Shown piece by piece: positions 23,891-35,609 of a stretch of 64,000 bases of DNA (position 1 is its first letter; every line of letters begins with the position of its first letter). Made by a program: the position numbers and the translations under genes. The notes under the pieces were generated by a model, which was given only the letters and a program-made list of their open reading frames with translations, was not told the origin of the DNA and searched no databases. The DNA comes from Octopus sinensis (taxonomy: Eukaryota), in assembly GCF_006345805.1 (NCBI RefSeq), contig NC_043019.1:32301360-32365359 (forward strand). Direction: 5' to 3'.

Positions 23891-25085
23891 TTAACTCCTG
23901 CGAGGGGAAGGAGATTATGAAGTGTTGAATAAAATAAATTACCTGCAAAGAAGGGGTTTAAAAAAAAAAAATTTGCCAAGAGTAAGAGATGGTAGGGCCT
24001 GAGTTAATGATTATGTTGTCAGTGGTGGTTATGATGAGGGCGATGGGGTACCAGGCCGAAGGAGATGGTGATGATGATGAACTGTTTTGATGGAGATGAG
24101 TGAGGCTGGTGTTTCTGATGAAAATGCAGAAGGTGGTGATGAGGGCTTGGAGGAGAGAGAGAGAGAGAGAGAGAAGGATGCTTATTGCTTTGAGATAATG
24201 ATGGATGTTGGTAGCAGTGGCAGAGCAGAGGCTGCATCATGGAGAAATCCATGAGATAAGAGGGAGATAGAAAGGGCTGGATGCTTGTTGCTTTGAAAGA
24301 GCATGTATGGTGTTTGTAGATGATGATGATGATGTGGTGGTGGTGGTGGCGGTGGTGATGGTGGTGGTGGTTCGGTGGTGTTGTAGATAAATATTCTGGC
24401 TTGACTTGGCTTGGTTTGGTTTGGTTTGGTTTAGCTTTGCTTGTGGGTTGAAGATGGGAGTGGAGGGTGGAGCAGAGTAGAAACTGGATCATTGTGAAAG
24501 ATAAATAAATATAGCCCCACCCCCATCGCCACCCTTTCTTTGTTCCTATGAGCTGAAGGGGAACAGCTTCTAACCTTTTGTGCCATTAATCTTCCACTGA
24601 CCTCTGTCACCCTTCCCTTATTGTCAAATAAGAGGAAGTAGAGAAAGAGTGAGAGAGAGAGAGAGGGTTGCAGTGAGAGGCAGAAGTAGAAGACACTGCC
24701 AGCAGGTGATTTATTCTTGTTGTAGTAATAATCTCTCTTTGTCTCTCTCTCTCTCTCTCTCATTTTATCTTCCCCTTCTCTCTCTCTCTCTCTCTCACCC
24801 TTTCTCTCCTCCTCCCTTTCTCATACATATATTTCATGATTGGTTTCTCATGTATTTTTTTTCTCTCTTTCTGAATTTACTGAGGCAAAAATTACTCAGG
24901 GGTGACTGTTGCATGGAAACTTGGTAGCAAAGTGTGAGTGTGCATCTGTATGTGTGTGTGTGTGTATGTGTGTGTGTAACAAAAGCAGATGAATTGTCTC
25001 AGATTTATTAAAAAAAAAAAGTACAATAAGACAAGAGTGAGAGGGGGGTAAATGAATAAGAGAATTTGTAGTATTCCATCCACCA

Positions 25086-25678
25086 CAGGAGTGGCTGTGT
25101 GGTAGGAAGCTTGCTTCCCAACCAGTTTGGTTAAGGGTTCAGTCCCACTGCATGACACTTTAGGCAAGTGCTGTCTACTATAGCCTTGGGCTGACCAAAG
25201 CCTTGCAAGTGGATTTGGTAGATGGAAACTGAAAGAAGCCTGTTACATATATATACATACATATATATATATATATAATTTAGGCAGCAATAAGCAATGT
25301 GTACCAAAAAGGAAAACTATGACTGAGAGTGTTAGAAACACCTACATTGCTAGAAATAAGAGTTAAACGCTCTAATGCTGCAGTCAAAGCACATAGTTGT
25401 ATACATACATGCTGACAGTTACCCATAAAACAGTGGTCAAGATGTATGTGTGTTTGTACTTGTGTTTGTCGCTCCATCACTGTTTGACAAACCAATGTTG
25501 TTGTGGCTGCATCTCTGTAACATAGCGGTTCAGTAAAAAAGACCAATAAAATAAATACTAGACTTTTTTAAAAAAATAAGTCATGAAGTCGATTTGTTCA
25601 GCTAAAAAAAAAACCTTCGGTGTGGTGCTCCAGCATGGCCACAGTCAAATGACTGAAACAAGTATAAGAATAAAAGAA
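25086..25678 (+). mobile_element. SINE family A with ~180-bp insertion in the central microsatellite
   Basis: Head 25086-25280 and tail ~25440-25678. Confidence 0.75.
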
Positions 25679-25724
25679 TCACAAGTCCGTTATTGTTAAA
25701 AGATTGACTTAAACACTATGGTCC

Positions 25725-26335
25725 TAAAAGGAACTTTTTGTGCAGTTCAGTAAGTGTTTGGACCGGGTTGTGTTGTGTTCTTGAGCAAGACACTTTATTT
25801 CATGTTGCTCCAGTTCACTCAGCTGTAGAAATGAGTTGCGACATCACTGGTGCCAAGCTGTATCATCCTTTGCCTTTCCCTTGGATAACTCTTGTGGCAT
25901 GGAGAGAGGAGAGGCTGGTATGCATGGGCGACTACTGGTCTTCCATAAACAACCTTGCCCGTACTTGTGCCTGGGAGGGTAACTTTCTAGGTGCAATCCC
26001 ATGGTCAGTCATGACCGAAGGGGGTCTCAGCAGCTCAGTACCTGGTGAAGGTACATGGCTCAGTAGTTAGAGCATCAGACTCTCAATCATGGTGTAGTGA
26101 GTTTAATTCTCAGACCAGGCTGTGTATTGTGTTCTTGAACAAGATGCTTTATTTCACGTTGCTGACATCACTGGTGCGAAGCTGTATCGGCCTTTGCCTT
26201 TCCTTTGGATAACATCAGTTGCATGGAGAGGGGAGGCTGGTAAGCATGGGCGACTGCTTGTTCTTCCATAAACAACCTTGCCCTGATTCGTGCCTCAGAG
26301 GGGGGCCTTTTAGGTACAATCCTATGGTCATTCCT
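25725..26335 (+). mobile_element. Two tandem copies of tRNA-derived SINE family D
   Basis: ggtacatggctcagtagttagagc head at 26050; shared gacatcactggtgccaagctgtatc...ccataaacaaccttgccc body. Confidence 0.8.
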
Positions 26336-27459
26336 AGTAAGTAGTCATGGACTAGTTTATAGCTATGTGAACGTAAAAGAGAGGGGAGAGAGTGTGAGTG
26401 AGCGGAATGCATGTGTCATCTACCATAGTGTATAGTAATGTAGTTAAGTTAATGGTCCTTTCAGCTCATTTGTGTTGCAGTTCTCAGAGCTGACAAAATT
26501 TAACTGAGTGTCAATCAACAGCTGATATTGAATATAACAACTGGTATGAATGCTTAATTGCATCTCCATTCTCTGCTCATTTGTCTGCTTCTTTGTCTAC
26601 TGTTCTTCTCTGCCTTATTGCTTGAAGTTATCAAAGGGTTGACTGATCACTGTCATTGACCTTGACTGGCCAGTTTTATGCTGATGTCATCACTTGATTT
26701 ATTTCTTGTAGTCACTGAGTATAATTAGTTAGCTTTTCTTTAGAGTGTAGAAAGGGGTTATTTTTCAGGCATCTTCAGAATTCTGTGATTTTTGTTTCTT
26801 TTGAAATTATGCAAGTTACCTTGGCCATAAATGTGCTCTACTGCTTTTAGTGTGTTCGTGGTTTGTCTCCAGAAGACAAGTTAGTGTGAGAACTGTGCTG
26901 ATGATGTCTATCAAGGCCAAAAAAATGTGTCCACTGTTGCCCGCTCTTTTACTTAGTGGCATTCCTCTTTTGGAGAATTCTTGAGTTTTCGAAGTTGATG
27001 CCAGTTGCCAATGAGCCCTTGTTGTTTTACTATTTGGAAATGGAAATAATTTCAGTAAATTAAAAATTTATCTAGCATGGTGTTTAATATAATTTTATTT
27101 ATTTTTGTTGCTACAATGGCACTGGTATTCTCTTAGCTCTTTTGCATACCTCTGTGTATATATATATATATATAAAGGGTAAATGATCCTTCTTGAAGGG
27201 CCAGTTTCCATGGCAAATATATTCTCTTCTGGTTGGGACGCCAGTTTGTTGCAGGATTTGAGGCAGTATTTTCACATCTTGATACCTTGTCTCTCACTAA
27301 CCTTCATTTGTTTTTCGAGTAAGAGGACTCTTCATTTCTGACCTTTCTGAAGATGCAAAGGGAGATGTGGATATGGTGACAGGAAAAGACAACAATGTTG
27401 CCACTTGTTACTCAGTGATTTTCAGAGAAACACAAATATAAATTTACACACACACAGTG

Positions 27460-27960
27460 GGCTTCTTTCAGTTTCCATGTGCTAAATCTATTCATAAGGC
27501 TTTTGTCAGCCAGGATTACAGAAGAAGAGACATGACCCTGGTGCCATCCAGAGAGGCAGAACCAGGAACCATATCGCTGGGCGAGCTGAAGGTAGTGAGC
27601 TGGCAGAAACGTTAGCACGCCGGGTGAAATGCTTACCAGTATTTCGTCTGCTGCTAGGTTCTGAGTTCAAATTCCGCCGAGGTCGACTTTGCCTTTCATC
27701 CTTTCGGGGTCGATTAAATAAGTACCAGTTACGCACTGGGGTCGATATAATCGACTTAATCCGTTTGTCTGCCCTTGTTTGTCCCCTCTGTGTTTAGCCC
27801 CTTGTGGGCAGTAAAGAAATAAGAAGCCATATAGCTGGGGAACAAACTTCTTAACCGCTGATCAGGCTTTAAAAAATTACAAAAAAACAACACAGTACTG
27901 GGGTTAGGTGAATTTATTCGTCTAAACCCCATCAAGGCAGTGCCTTTGCATGGCTGCAGT
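27460..27960 (-). mobile_element. SINE family A fragments interrupted by a + strand SINE B (27591-27824)
   Basis: A-type sequence on both sides; approximate TSD ccatat(c/a)gctggg. Confidence 0.7.
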
Positions 27961-28291
27961 CCAATGAATGTCACAAATAAAAGATATAAACGATCAGATT
28001 TATTTGATAATTAAAATTCAACTTGTTACAATGTTAATCATTATGTGTAACAAGCTATGACAAACAGCACGTGTGTGTGTGTGGTGTGTAGTAAATACAC
28101 TCCTCATTATTTTTTTAACGAAGGCACCATGCCAAACTATGAAGCAAAATAATTTTAATGATATTAAAATAATATTTAACTTGGGGAATAAACATTTTGT
28201 ATGTTTATATGTAATACAGCTGTTTGTTCAATCTCTGCTCTATGTGTATATACATGAGGAAGCGCTGAAGTATTCTTGGCTTTATTTAGGG

Positions 28292-28511
28292 CAGTGCTTT
28301 TCAAACTTTTTGCTGGAGCGGATCCCCCAAGGAAACATTCCACTGGCTCGAGGAACCCCTGTGCAATAATTTAATAGTCTTATGCACACATATCTGCACA
28401 GGAGAATTAAAAATTACTGCCGATTTTAGCAGTTTTGTAACTTCTTGTGGAACCCCTGGACTGTACTGGCGGAACCCTAAGGTTCCGAGGAACCCTGGTT
28501 GAAAACCACTG
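28292..28511. mobile_element. hAT-type MITE (220 bp)
   Basis: TIRs cagtgcttttcaa / ttgaaaaccactg; perfect 8-bp TSD atttaggg at 28284-28291 and 28512-28519. Confidence 0.9.
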
Positions 28512-29067
28512 ATTTAGGGTATTGCGAAAGGCCTGGTTGGAGGTGTGACCTTCCAAGTTCTTTTACAGGGCTTAGAAAAACTGAAGGGCTACTTCAATAA
28601 GTGTGTGAATCTGAGAGAGGAATATGTTGAATAAAATCATAATTAACTGATCCTCCTTTATTTTCTTTTACCGAAAGCTGGAAACTTTTCTGCAACCCTC
28701 GTGTGTGTGTGTCTATTTTACAGGATAGACTGGGTGCTCTGTATGTGGCAGCAACACCAGTATATATATTACACACACACATGTATATTGTTGATGTTAT
28801 GAGAAAAATTTTTTCACATTCTCACCAAGTTTATAAATCCTTATGACGTCAACAACCTACAATTCTCACTGGTAAAAGAAAAGTTTCCAGAATGGATAAA
28901 AAATTTCAAAGTGTTGCTTTGGTCCATTGGTAGAACATCTGACATGTCTAACAAGATGTAGGTTCAAGTCCCATGAGCAGCTTTTGACATTAAGTAAGAT
29001 ATGCAGAATGCTATTCTATATTGATAGTGATTTCCTTTGCTAATAACGAACTCTTATGAATATATAA

Positions 29068-29238
29068 GGCGCAGGAGTGGCTGTGTGGTAAGTAGCTTGC
29101 TAATCAATCACATGGTTCCAGGTTCAGTCCCACTGCGTGGCATCTTGAGCAAGTGTCTTCTTTTATAGCCCCGGGCCGACTAATGCCTTGTGAGTGGATT
29201 TGGTAGATGAAAACTGAAAGAAACCTGTCATATATGTG

Positions 29239-29271
<33 letters not shown>

Positions 29272-29461
29272 TTGTCTCCCTAGCATCGCTTGACAACCGA
29301 TGCTGGTGTGTTTACGTCCCCGTCACTTAGCGGTTCGGCAAAAGAGACCGATAGAATAAGTACTGGGCTTACACAGAATAAGTCCCGGGGGTCGATTTGC
29401 TCGACTAAAGGCGGTGCTCCAGCATGGCCGCAGTCAAAATGACTGAAACAAGTAAAAGAGT
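29068..29461 (+). mobile_element. SINE family A, full length
   Basis: Family A consensus. Confidence 0.9.
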
Positions 29462-30040
29462 ATATATACTTGTGTATGTGTATTTGTGTGTGTGTATAAT
29501 AGTAAACGTTCTCTTCGTTAGTTGATCGAAAGTGATTTGAGGAAATAAATAAAAATGACGATTTTCATTTTGATTGATTGATTCTAGTTTCACCTCATGA
29601 GCTGTGGCCATGCTGGGGCACCGCCATTTATATATTTTTTAAATCTTTTTCTTGTGGTATTGATTTGCAGCAAAAACAACAACAATAATGATAATATAAC
29701 AATGAAGGGAAAAAGTTTTGTTTTTGTCTTTAAAAACCCCCGAAAGTCTTGAAAGAAAGAAAGAAAGAAAATTTCTGCAAATACTTGATATTTGAATCAT
29801 TTTTTTTGTTTTTGTTTTTTTGTTTTGCTTGTTCTGTACTGACCAATTGTCCTCTTATTTATTCCTCGTACATTTCTGTTCCGTGTCCGCCCCGTTTCTG
29901 TTTGTTATACTCTTCTCATTGTTCTGCCGCCGCCAAGGGCTGCTGCTGCTACTACTACTACTACTACTGTCTCTTAAAAAAAAAAAACCCCCAGCCTCCT
30001 CGCGTTTCTTGACTGAAATGAAACCAACGTTGTTTTGTAG

Positions 30041-30136
30041 ATGTCCGAGTGGACTCCGATCACTTCCCTATAGTGGGTGAATTTAAAGGGATGTTGGTCG
30101 CGGAGGAATCAGAGATTGAAAATCATCCCATCAATG
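30041..30136 (+). CDS. eya: Candidate eya exon (possibly alternative), (N)VRVDSDHFPIVGEFKGMLVAEESEIENHPIN(G)
   Basis: Acceptor gttgttttgtag, donor ATG|gtaaat, 96 nt. Only the required phase-1 frame is open. Joining to 47840 gives G|GT GAA = GE, a junction seen in vertebrate EYA paralogs. I do not recognise the peptide as EYA-homologous. Confidence 0.55.
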
Positions 30137-31277
30137 GTAAATATGGACCAAATAAATCATAATAATAATAATAATAACAATTATAAGCTGTTGTGACTCC
30201 TTCCCTCTCTTCTTTTTCCTTTTGCGCGCACCCCTGATTTCATATATATATATGTTTTATATATATATCTATATATATACACACACATGTATAAATATAT
30301 GTGTGTGTATATATTAAATAAAGCATGTATGTGTAATGGCATAATCGTAATTTTTATATATATATATATATGTATATGTTTTATGTATATATATGTATAT
30401 GTTTTATATATATATATATTTATATATGTGTTTTATATATTTATATGTGTATGTTATATATATACATATATATGTACACTCATATATGTGTGTATATATT
30501 AAATAAAGCATGTATGTGTAATGGCATAATTCTAATTTTTTGTGTTAAATTCATGTGGCGCCTACTAGCAAAAATATTGATCAGATTTCAACATGTATAC
30601 ACGCTGTTTATTAACCCATTTGAGGTGCACGGTATTTAGGTATGTGTAGCCAAAAATACCAAAATGTTTTTTTTTTCTTTTGAGATTGAAATTGATGGGC
30701 ACATGTAGGAAAGAAAGGATGGATAAAGTGCCTAGAGCTCTATTGTAGGTACAAATAAGATAGTTTATTTTCAAATGCAGAGACGCTGTTAGAACAGCAG
30801 AAACACTGGGTAAACTACCCTTAGAAAGCAGAAAAATTTGTCAACAAGCAGCCATGGGACACAAACCAAGACTCTGACCAAGTGCTTTACCATTAAGCTA
30901 AACTGACCACCGATAAATCAATCTGCTTTTCAGATGCTTTTAAAGTTAAATAGGTATATATCTGTTGAAAGATGATCTCTGATTGGCTATTACACTTCGA
31001 AACGTTTGTTTCATTGGGCTGATGGATTGGCCTCAGATTCCTTTCGACTTGTATCATTTGGGCCAATCAATTAGCCTGGGTGTCCCAAGAGGGTTAGTAA
31101 ATTTTTATATCTGCATGCCCTTAATTTATTAGTTTCTTACAGAGGCATGGAGTTTCGAATTTGCAGAGATAGATGGCTAGGCACAGACATGGCTGCTTCT
31201 TTAAAAAGGTCACTTCCCAACTATATGGTTTCAGTTTCAATCTGACTCCATGGCACATTGGGCAAATATATGTGTGT

Positions 31278-31375
31278 GCAGAAGACTGCACCATGATTTG
31301 ACTGCTAAATCTACAAGTTTTTTTTATTATTGTCTCTTGTGGATTTAGCAGTCAAATCATGGTGCAGTCTTCTGC
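31278..31375. repeat. 40-bp inverted repeat, 18-nt loop
   Basis: 31278-31317 versus 31336-31375, 39 of 40 Watson-Crick pairs; the remaining pair is U-G on the + strand. Confidence 0.95.
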
Positions 31376-31761
31376 TTGGCCAACTCCTGTCAAACTGCCC
31401 AACATATGCCAGCATGGAAAGCAGAAGTTAAACGATGAAGGATGAAAAAGAATAAACATATACAGTAGGCTTCTTTCAGTTTCCATCTCCCAAATCTACT
31501 CACAAGACTTTGGTTAGTTCAAGGCCATAGTAGAAGGTACTGTGTGTGTGTGTGTATTTATATATATTGCCTTGGACTGACGAAAGCCTTGTGAGTGGAT
31601 TTGAGAAATGGAAACTGAAAGAAGCCTGTTGTGTATGTATGTATGTGTGTGTGTGTGTGTATATATGTATATATATATAAACATACATACATACACACAC
31701 ACACACATACATACACAACAGGCTTCTTTCAGTTTCCATTTCTCAAATCCACTCACAAGGC

Positions 31762-31793
<32 letters not shown>

Positions 31794-32643
31794 TACATAC
31801 ACAACAGGCTTCTTTCAGTTTCCATTTCCCAAATCCACTCACAAGGCTTTGGTCAGTCCAAGGCAATAATAGAAGATACTTGCCCAAACTGTTGCGTACA
31901 ATGGGATTGAACCTGCAACAATGTGGGCAGGAAGCAAGCTTCTTGCCACACATCCACATACGCCTGTACCCTCTTGTAAAATATTTCAGTATTGAATTCT
32001 GATGCAAAACCTCTAAATTACAGAAGAATTACAAAACATTTACTTCATGCATACATAACTTTATTTACTTAGCAACAACCCTACATCAGAAGTTCCGATC
32101 CTTTTAGCAATGGAATGGCTGGAAATTCAGGTCAGAAAACACTAATTAGCTTTTCAACCCTTTACCAATTAACGAATTATAATATACATCGGGTCATTAA
32201 AATTTCTCTTCAATTCAGCTGTATATAAAGTTTTATTTTTGTTGACTCTGTATGAATTTAACTTGTCAAATTATGAACATGCCATATATATGTGTGTATG
32301 TATATATATATATATATACATACATACATATACACACACATACCGCGAAAGAAAATATTTATTAAAGAAATATTCCTGTGTGATGTGAACTTTATTCAAG
32401 ATGTGTATAAACAATCAGAAAATATTATATTAAGAGTTAAGACAGGGTAGTGAGTGGATGGTTTGGGATTTTTTAAAAAAACAACTATATAGATATTTCT
32501 TAAAACTGCAAGAAATTTCTTAGCAGCTTGGCACCATAAGCACACACTCGTATGCCAAATATTGTAAATTTAATTTCAGTTTCAAAGAAGACTTTTTTCT
32601 TCTTTTTTTTTTGTATTGACTGTTTCAATAAAAAAAACTCTGT

Positions 32644-32872
32644 TTAACCCTTTAGTGTTTAAACCAGCCAAATCCGGCCCAATATATTCTACATGTTTTA
32701 TATTCAAACTGGCAATATCTAGCCTCTCACTCCTAACCTACAATGCCATTCTGAAAATAAACAATCACATCATTGAAACCTCAAAGCTGTAAGATAATGC
32801 ATGATTAATTCAAAACAATTTGAGTGAAAAAGTATTACATTTAACAGAGTATTCTGAACACTAAAGGGTTAA
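32644..32872 (-). mobile_element. piggyBac-type (TTAA) MITE family 1
   Basis: ttaa|ccctttag ... ctaaaggg|ttaa with the internal sequence reversed; a further partial copy lies at ~33540-33755. Confidence 0.85.
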
Positions 32873-33859
32873 AAAAAAACATCCTAGCAACATGAACAAA
32901 ATGAGCCATTTGGTAAGCTGAGGGTTTTATAATATATTACTGTAATCCAGCCAAATGGTTTGAGAAGTTCACTTCACAGCAATGAGGTTCCATGCCATTC
33001 TGTGAATCATACTTAATGCTATCCGTATAAGCATCTGTTATCTACAGATACAAAATCCCTAGCTTGTTATGTTATGAAATCTCTGTGATTTCACAACATA
33101 GCAAGTCGGGTTTCTACAAGCTTCTCTGAAATTTTATGTTTGTCTGTGAAGCTATTATAGTAGACACTTGCCCAAGGTGCAGTGCAGTGGGATTGAACCC
33201 AGAATCATGTGGTTGAGAAGCAACCTTCTTGCCACACAGCCATGCTTGCATCTATTAGTTAAATAATTAAAACACTAATTGTGAAACTAATTGAGATTGC
33301 TCTACTAAGACTACAACTAATTAAATATGCTGTATTTGGCATAAAAAATGCAGAGGCATATTAGATACACCCCTTAACGTAATCTTCGGGTAGAATCAGG
33401 ATGGCACTATGTGTGACTGAGTTGGTCTTTTTTTAATCACATCTAAATTACACTCGCGAAATTTGGTCCGACTCAGGTCAATGTTAGAGGGTTCTGTATT
33501 TGGTGGCATAAAAAACACACTCTGCAGGGGAAAATATTTTTAGGGCATCAAACCGGCCATATCTGGCCCAAATATTCTTCATGTTGTATGTTCGCACCAG
33601 CCAGATCCAGCCTCTCACACCTACCTAATTAGATAAAAATAAGTCACATCATTGAAACCTCAACGCTACAAGATAATGCACGAGTAATTCAAAATGATGG
33701 GAAATGAATTTTAAAAAAAGGCATTACATTTGACAGAATTAATCTGAATGCTAAGAGGTCCAAGCTTCTGGGATGCCTGACTTCACAATCCCCCACCCCA
33801 CTCCGCAAAAAACCCATGGGGTTTTTTGGGGGGGGATTGTGAGGCATCATCAAATAGCA

Positions 33860-34065
33860 AATCAGTATCCACCTTTGAAGATACTCGCAGGACCATCCTT
33901 GCAGACAAGAGAAAGTGGGGAAGTAAAATAGGGATTCCCTTAACCAACCCCTGAACAGCCCAGCTTCTCCTGTGTCCTTTGTGGTCATGCATGTTTGTCT
34001 CAAATCGGACTCCTCAGGCAATCAGCTCGCCCGCCTGCAGCAAACATAGATGTCCTCCTCTGTAC
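33860..34065 (+). mobile_element. Old RTE/BovB-like C-terminal fragment
   Basis: Translates to ...LCGHACLSQIGLLRQ, resembling the RTE C-terminal CxxCGxxCxSxIGLxxH zinc finger; otherwise degraded. Confidence 0.45.
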
Positions 34066-35074
34066 ATCTTCACTCACTAAGCCAAACTATGATATATTCA
34101 TTTTAAAAGAATAATTAATTAATAATAAACTAACCTATTATGTCAGGCTCTCATCAATAAATGATTTACTGAAGCTACCCCACGTGGCACGTTACCCATA
34201 AGAAATCAATCTGATTATCACGCATATTAATTTCTTTCAAGCACTACAATTCAGTTATAAAATATTAATTGCCCGTTATTTCGCTGTGGTTGCGATAGTA
34301 TAATTAAACATTAATTATTCATCAAGAGTGTAAAATTAGACAAATCACGAAATAAAAAATTAATTAAAATCTGATTGTTTATCATATTTTGAATTAATGA
34401 GTGTTGTGTTTTTGTTGTGTTTTTTTTTTTTTTTAATCGTGTTCTGCTCTCTTGCTCTTCCATTTGTTTTGGGTGTTTACGTGTTGTAACATATTATATA
34501 TATTTTATATATAAATTCGTTGTACCGATATTCAGCAATATGTCCACTTTTATCTGTGTATTTGTCCATCTACCGAACATATGTGATAACTTTACACACT
34601 TCAGACCTCATAAAGATATATCCCAAATCTTCTCATCGCGGAATTTAATCATATAGAGTTGTAGAATTCATGTTCAAAATTTCAGCGGGAACACAAGTCC
34701 ACACATGGTCCCGGGCCACATGCATAGACACTTTAGGTTAGTGTAATCCATAGCAGCTTGCTTTGCCATCAATTGTTGATCGTCAGAGAGGATTCGCTGA
34801 CCAAGTCAGCCAATTATCAGAGTAGAGAAGCAGGAACAGACTTGCAAGAAAAGTTCAGCTGAACACACTCCAGATGATTGCCTCCACCTGTACAAGTACT
34901 TTATCAGTGCTAAAAGTGGTCTACCACTTATTATAAATACATTGGAGCTATGACCAGTGTCCTGTATGTTTAGATACTTAGCTAAGTTTCAGCCAGTATT
35001 GGCCCAGGCCATTTCTAACTCAATAGCACCACCTGCAATCAATAAACAGAAAGAGTAAACAATTATATAAAACC

Positions 35075-35115
<41 letters not shown>

Positions 35116-35314
35116 TATATAAATTAGGGAAAAACTACTATTATGCAATTCAAACAAGGATAGACATAAACCAAATCATAAATTAAAAAAATTATTTTTT
35201 TTTAAAACATATAACTAGATTACAAAAAGTACAAAAATGAATAATCATTATATAATAAGTAAAAAAACTACGTACGTTTCATGGCTATAATTAAATTCAA
35301 ATTACATTTAAATT

Positions 35315-35351
<37 letters not shown>

Positions 35352-35355
<4 letters not shown>

Positions 35356-35520
35356 GGAGTTTACTCAAAAGACGAAGACAGGTGGTGTACAAAACAAACA
35401 GATGTATTAGTATAACGCTCAGGAATAGAAAAAGTCTTTTACGTTTCGAGCCTACGCTCTTCTACAGAAAGGGACACAGAAAAAACAAGGAGAGAAAAAA
35501 ATGTGTGTAGTGGCTAACGA
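35352..35520 (-). mobile_element. Family P copy 2
   Basis: Same sequence, abutting (AT)n; best-preserved hammerhead-like motif. Confidence 0.75.
35434..35475 (-). ncRNA. Degenerate minimal type I hammerhead ribozyme motif
   Basis: Minus strand reads GUCCCUUU CUGUAGA A GAGC-GUAG-GCUC GAAA CGUA AAAGAC: core with A6>U, 4-bp stem II, palindromic ACGU stem III, GUA triplet and stem I CUUU/AAAG. Confidence 0.5.
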
Positions 35521-35521
35521 T

Positions 35522-35609
35522 AAAGAAAGTAAGAAAATGGAGATATAACATTTAAAATTTTTTATTTAAATTTTATTAAATGTTATATCTCCATTTTCTT
35601 ACTTTCTTT
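35522..35609. repeat. Perfect 34-bp inverted repeat, 20-nt loop
   Basis: aaagaaagtaagaaaatggagatataacatttaa at 35522-35555 and its exact reverse complement at 35576-35609. Confidence 0.95.

Noticed and set aside
26481-26543. 63-nt ag...gt exon candidate
   Set aside because: Stops in all three frames, including the phase-1 frame required.
31020-31150. Six/So binding site (TGTATCA) and CCAAT cluster as an autoregulatory enhancer
   Set aside because: 6-7-mers occur by chance many times in 64 kb and there is no independent support.
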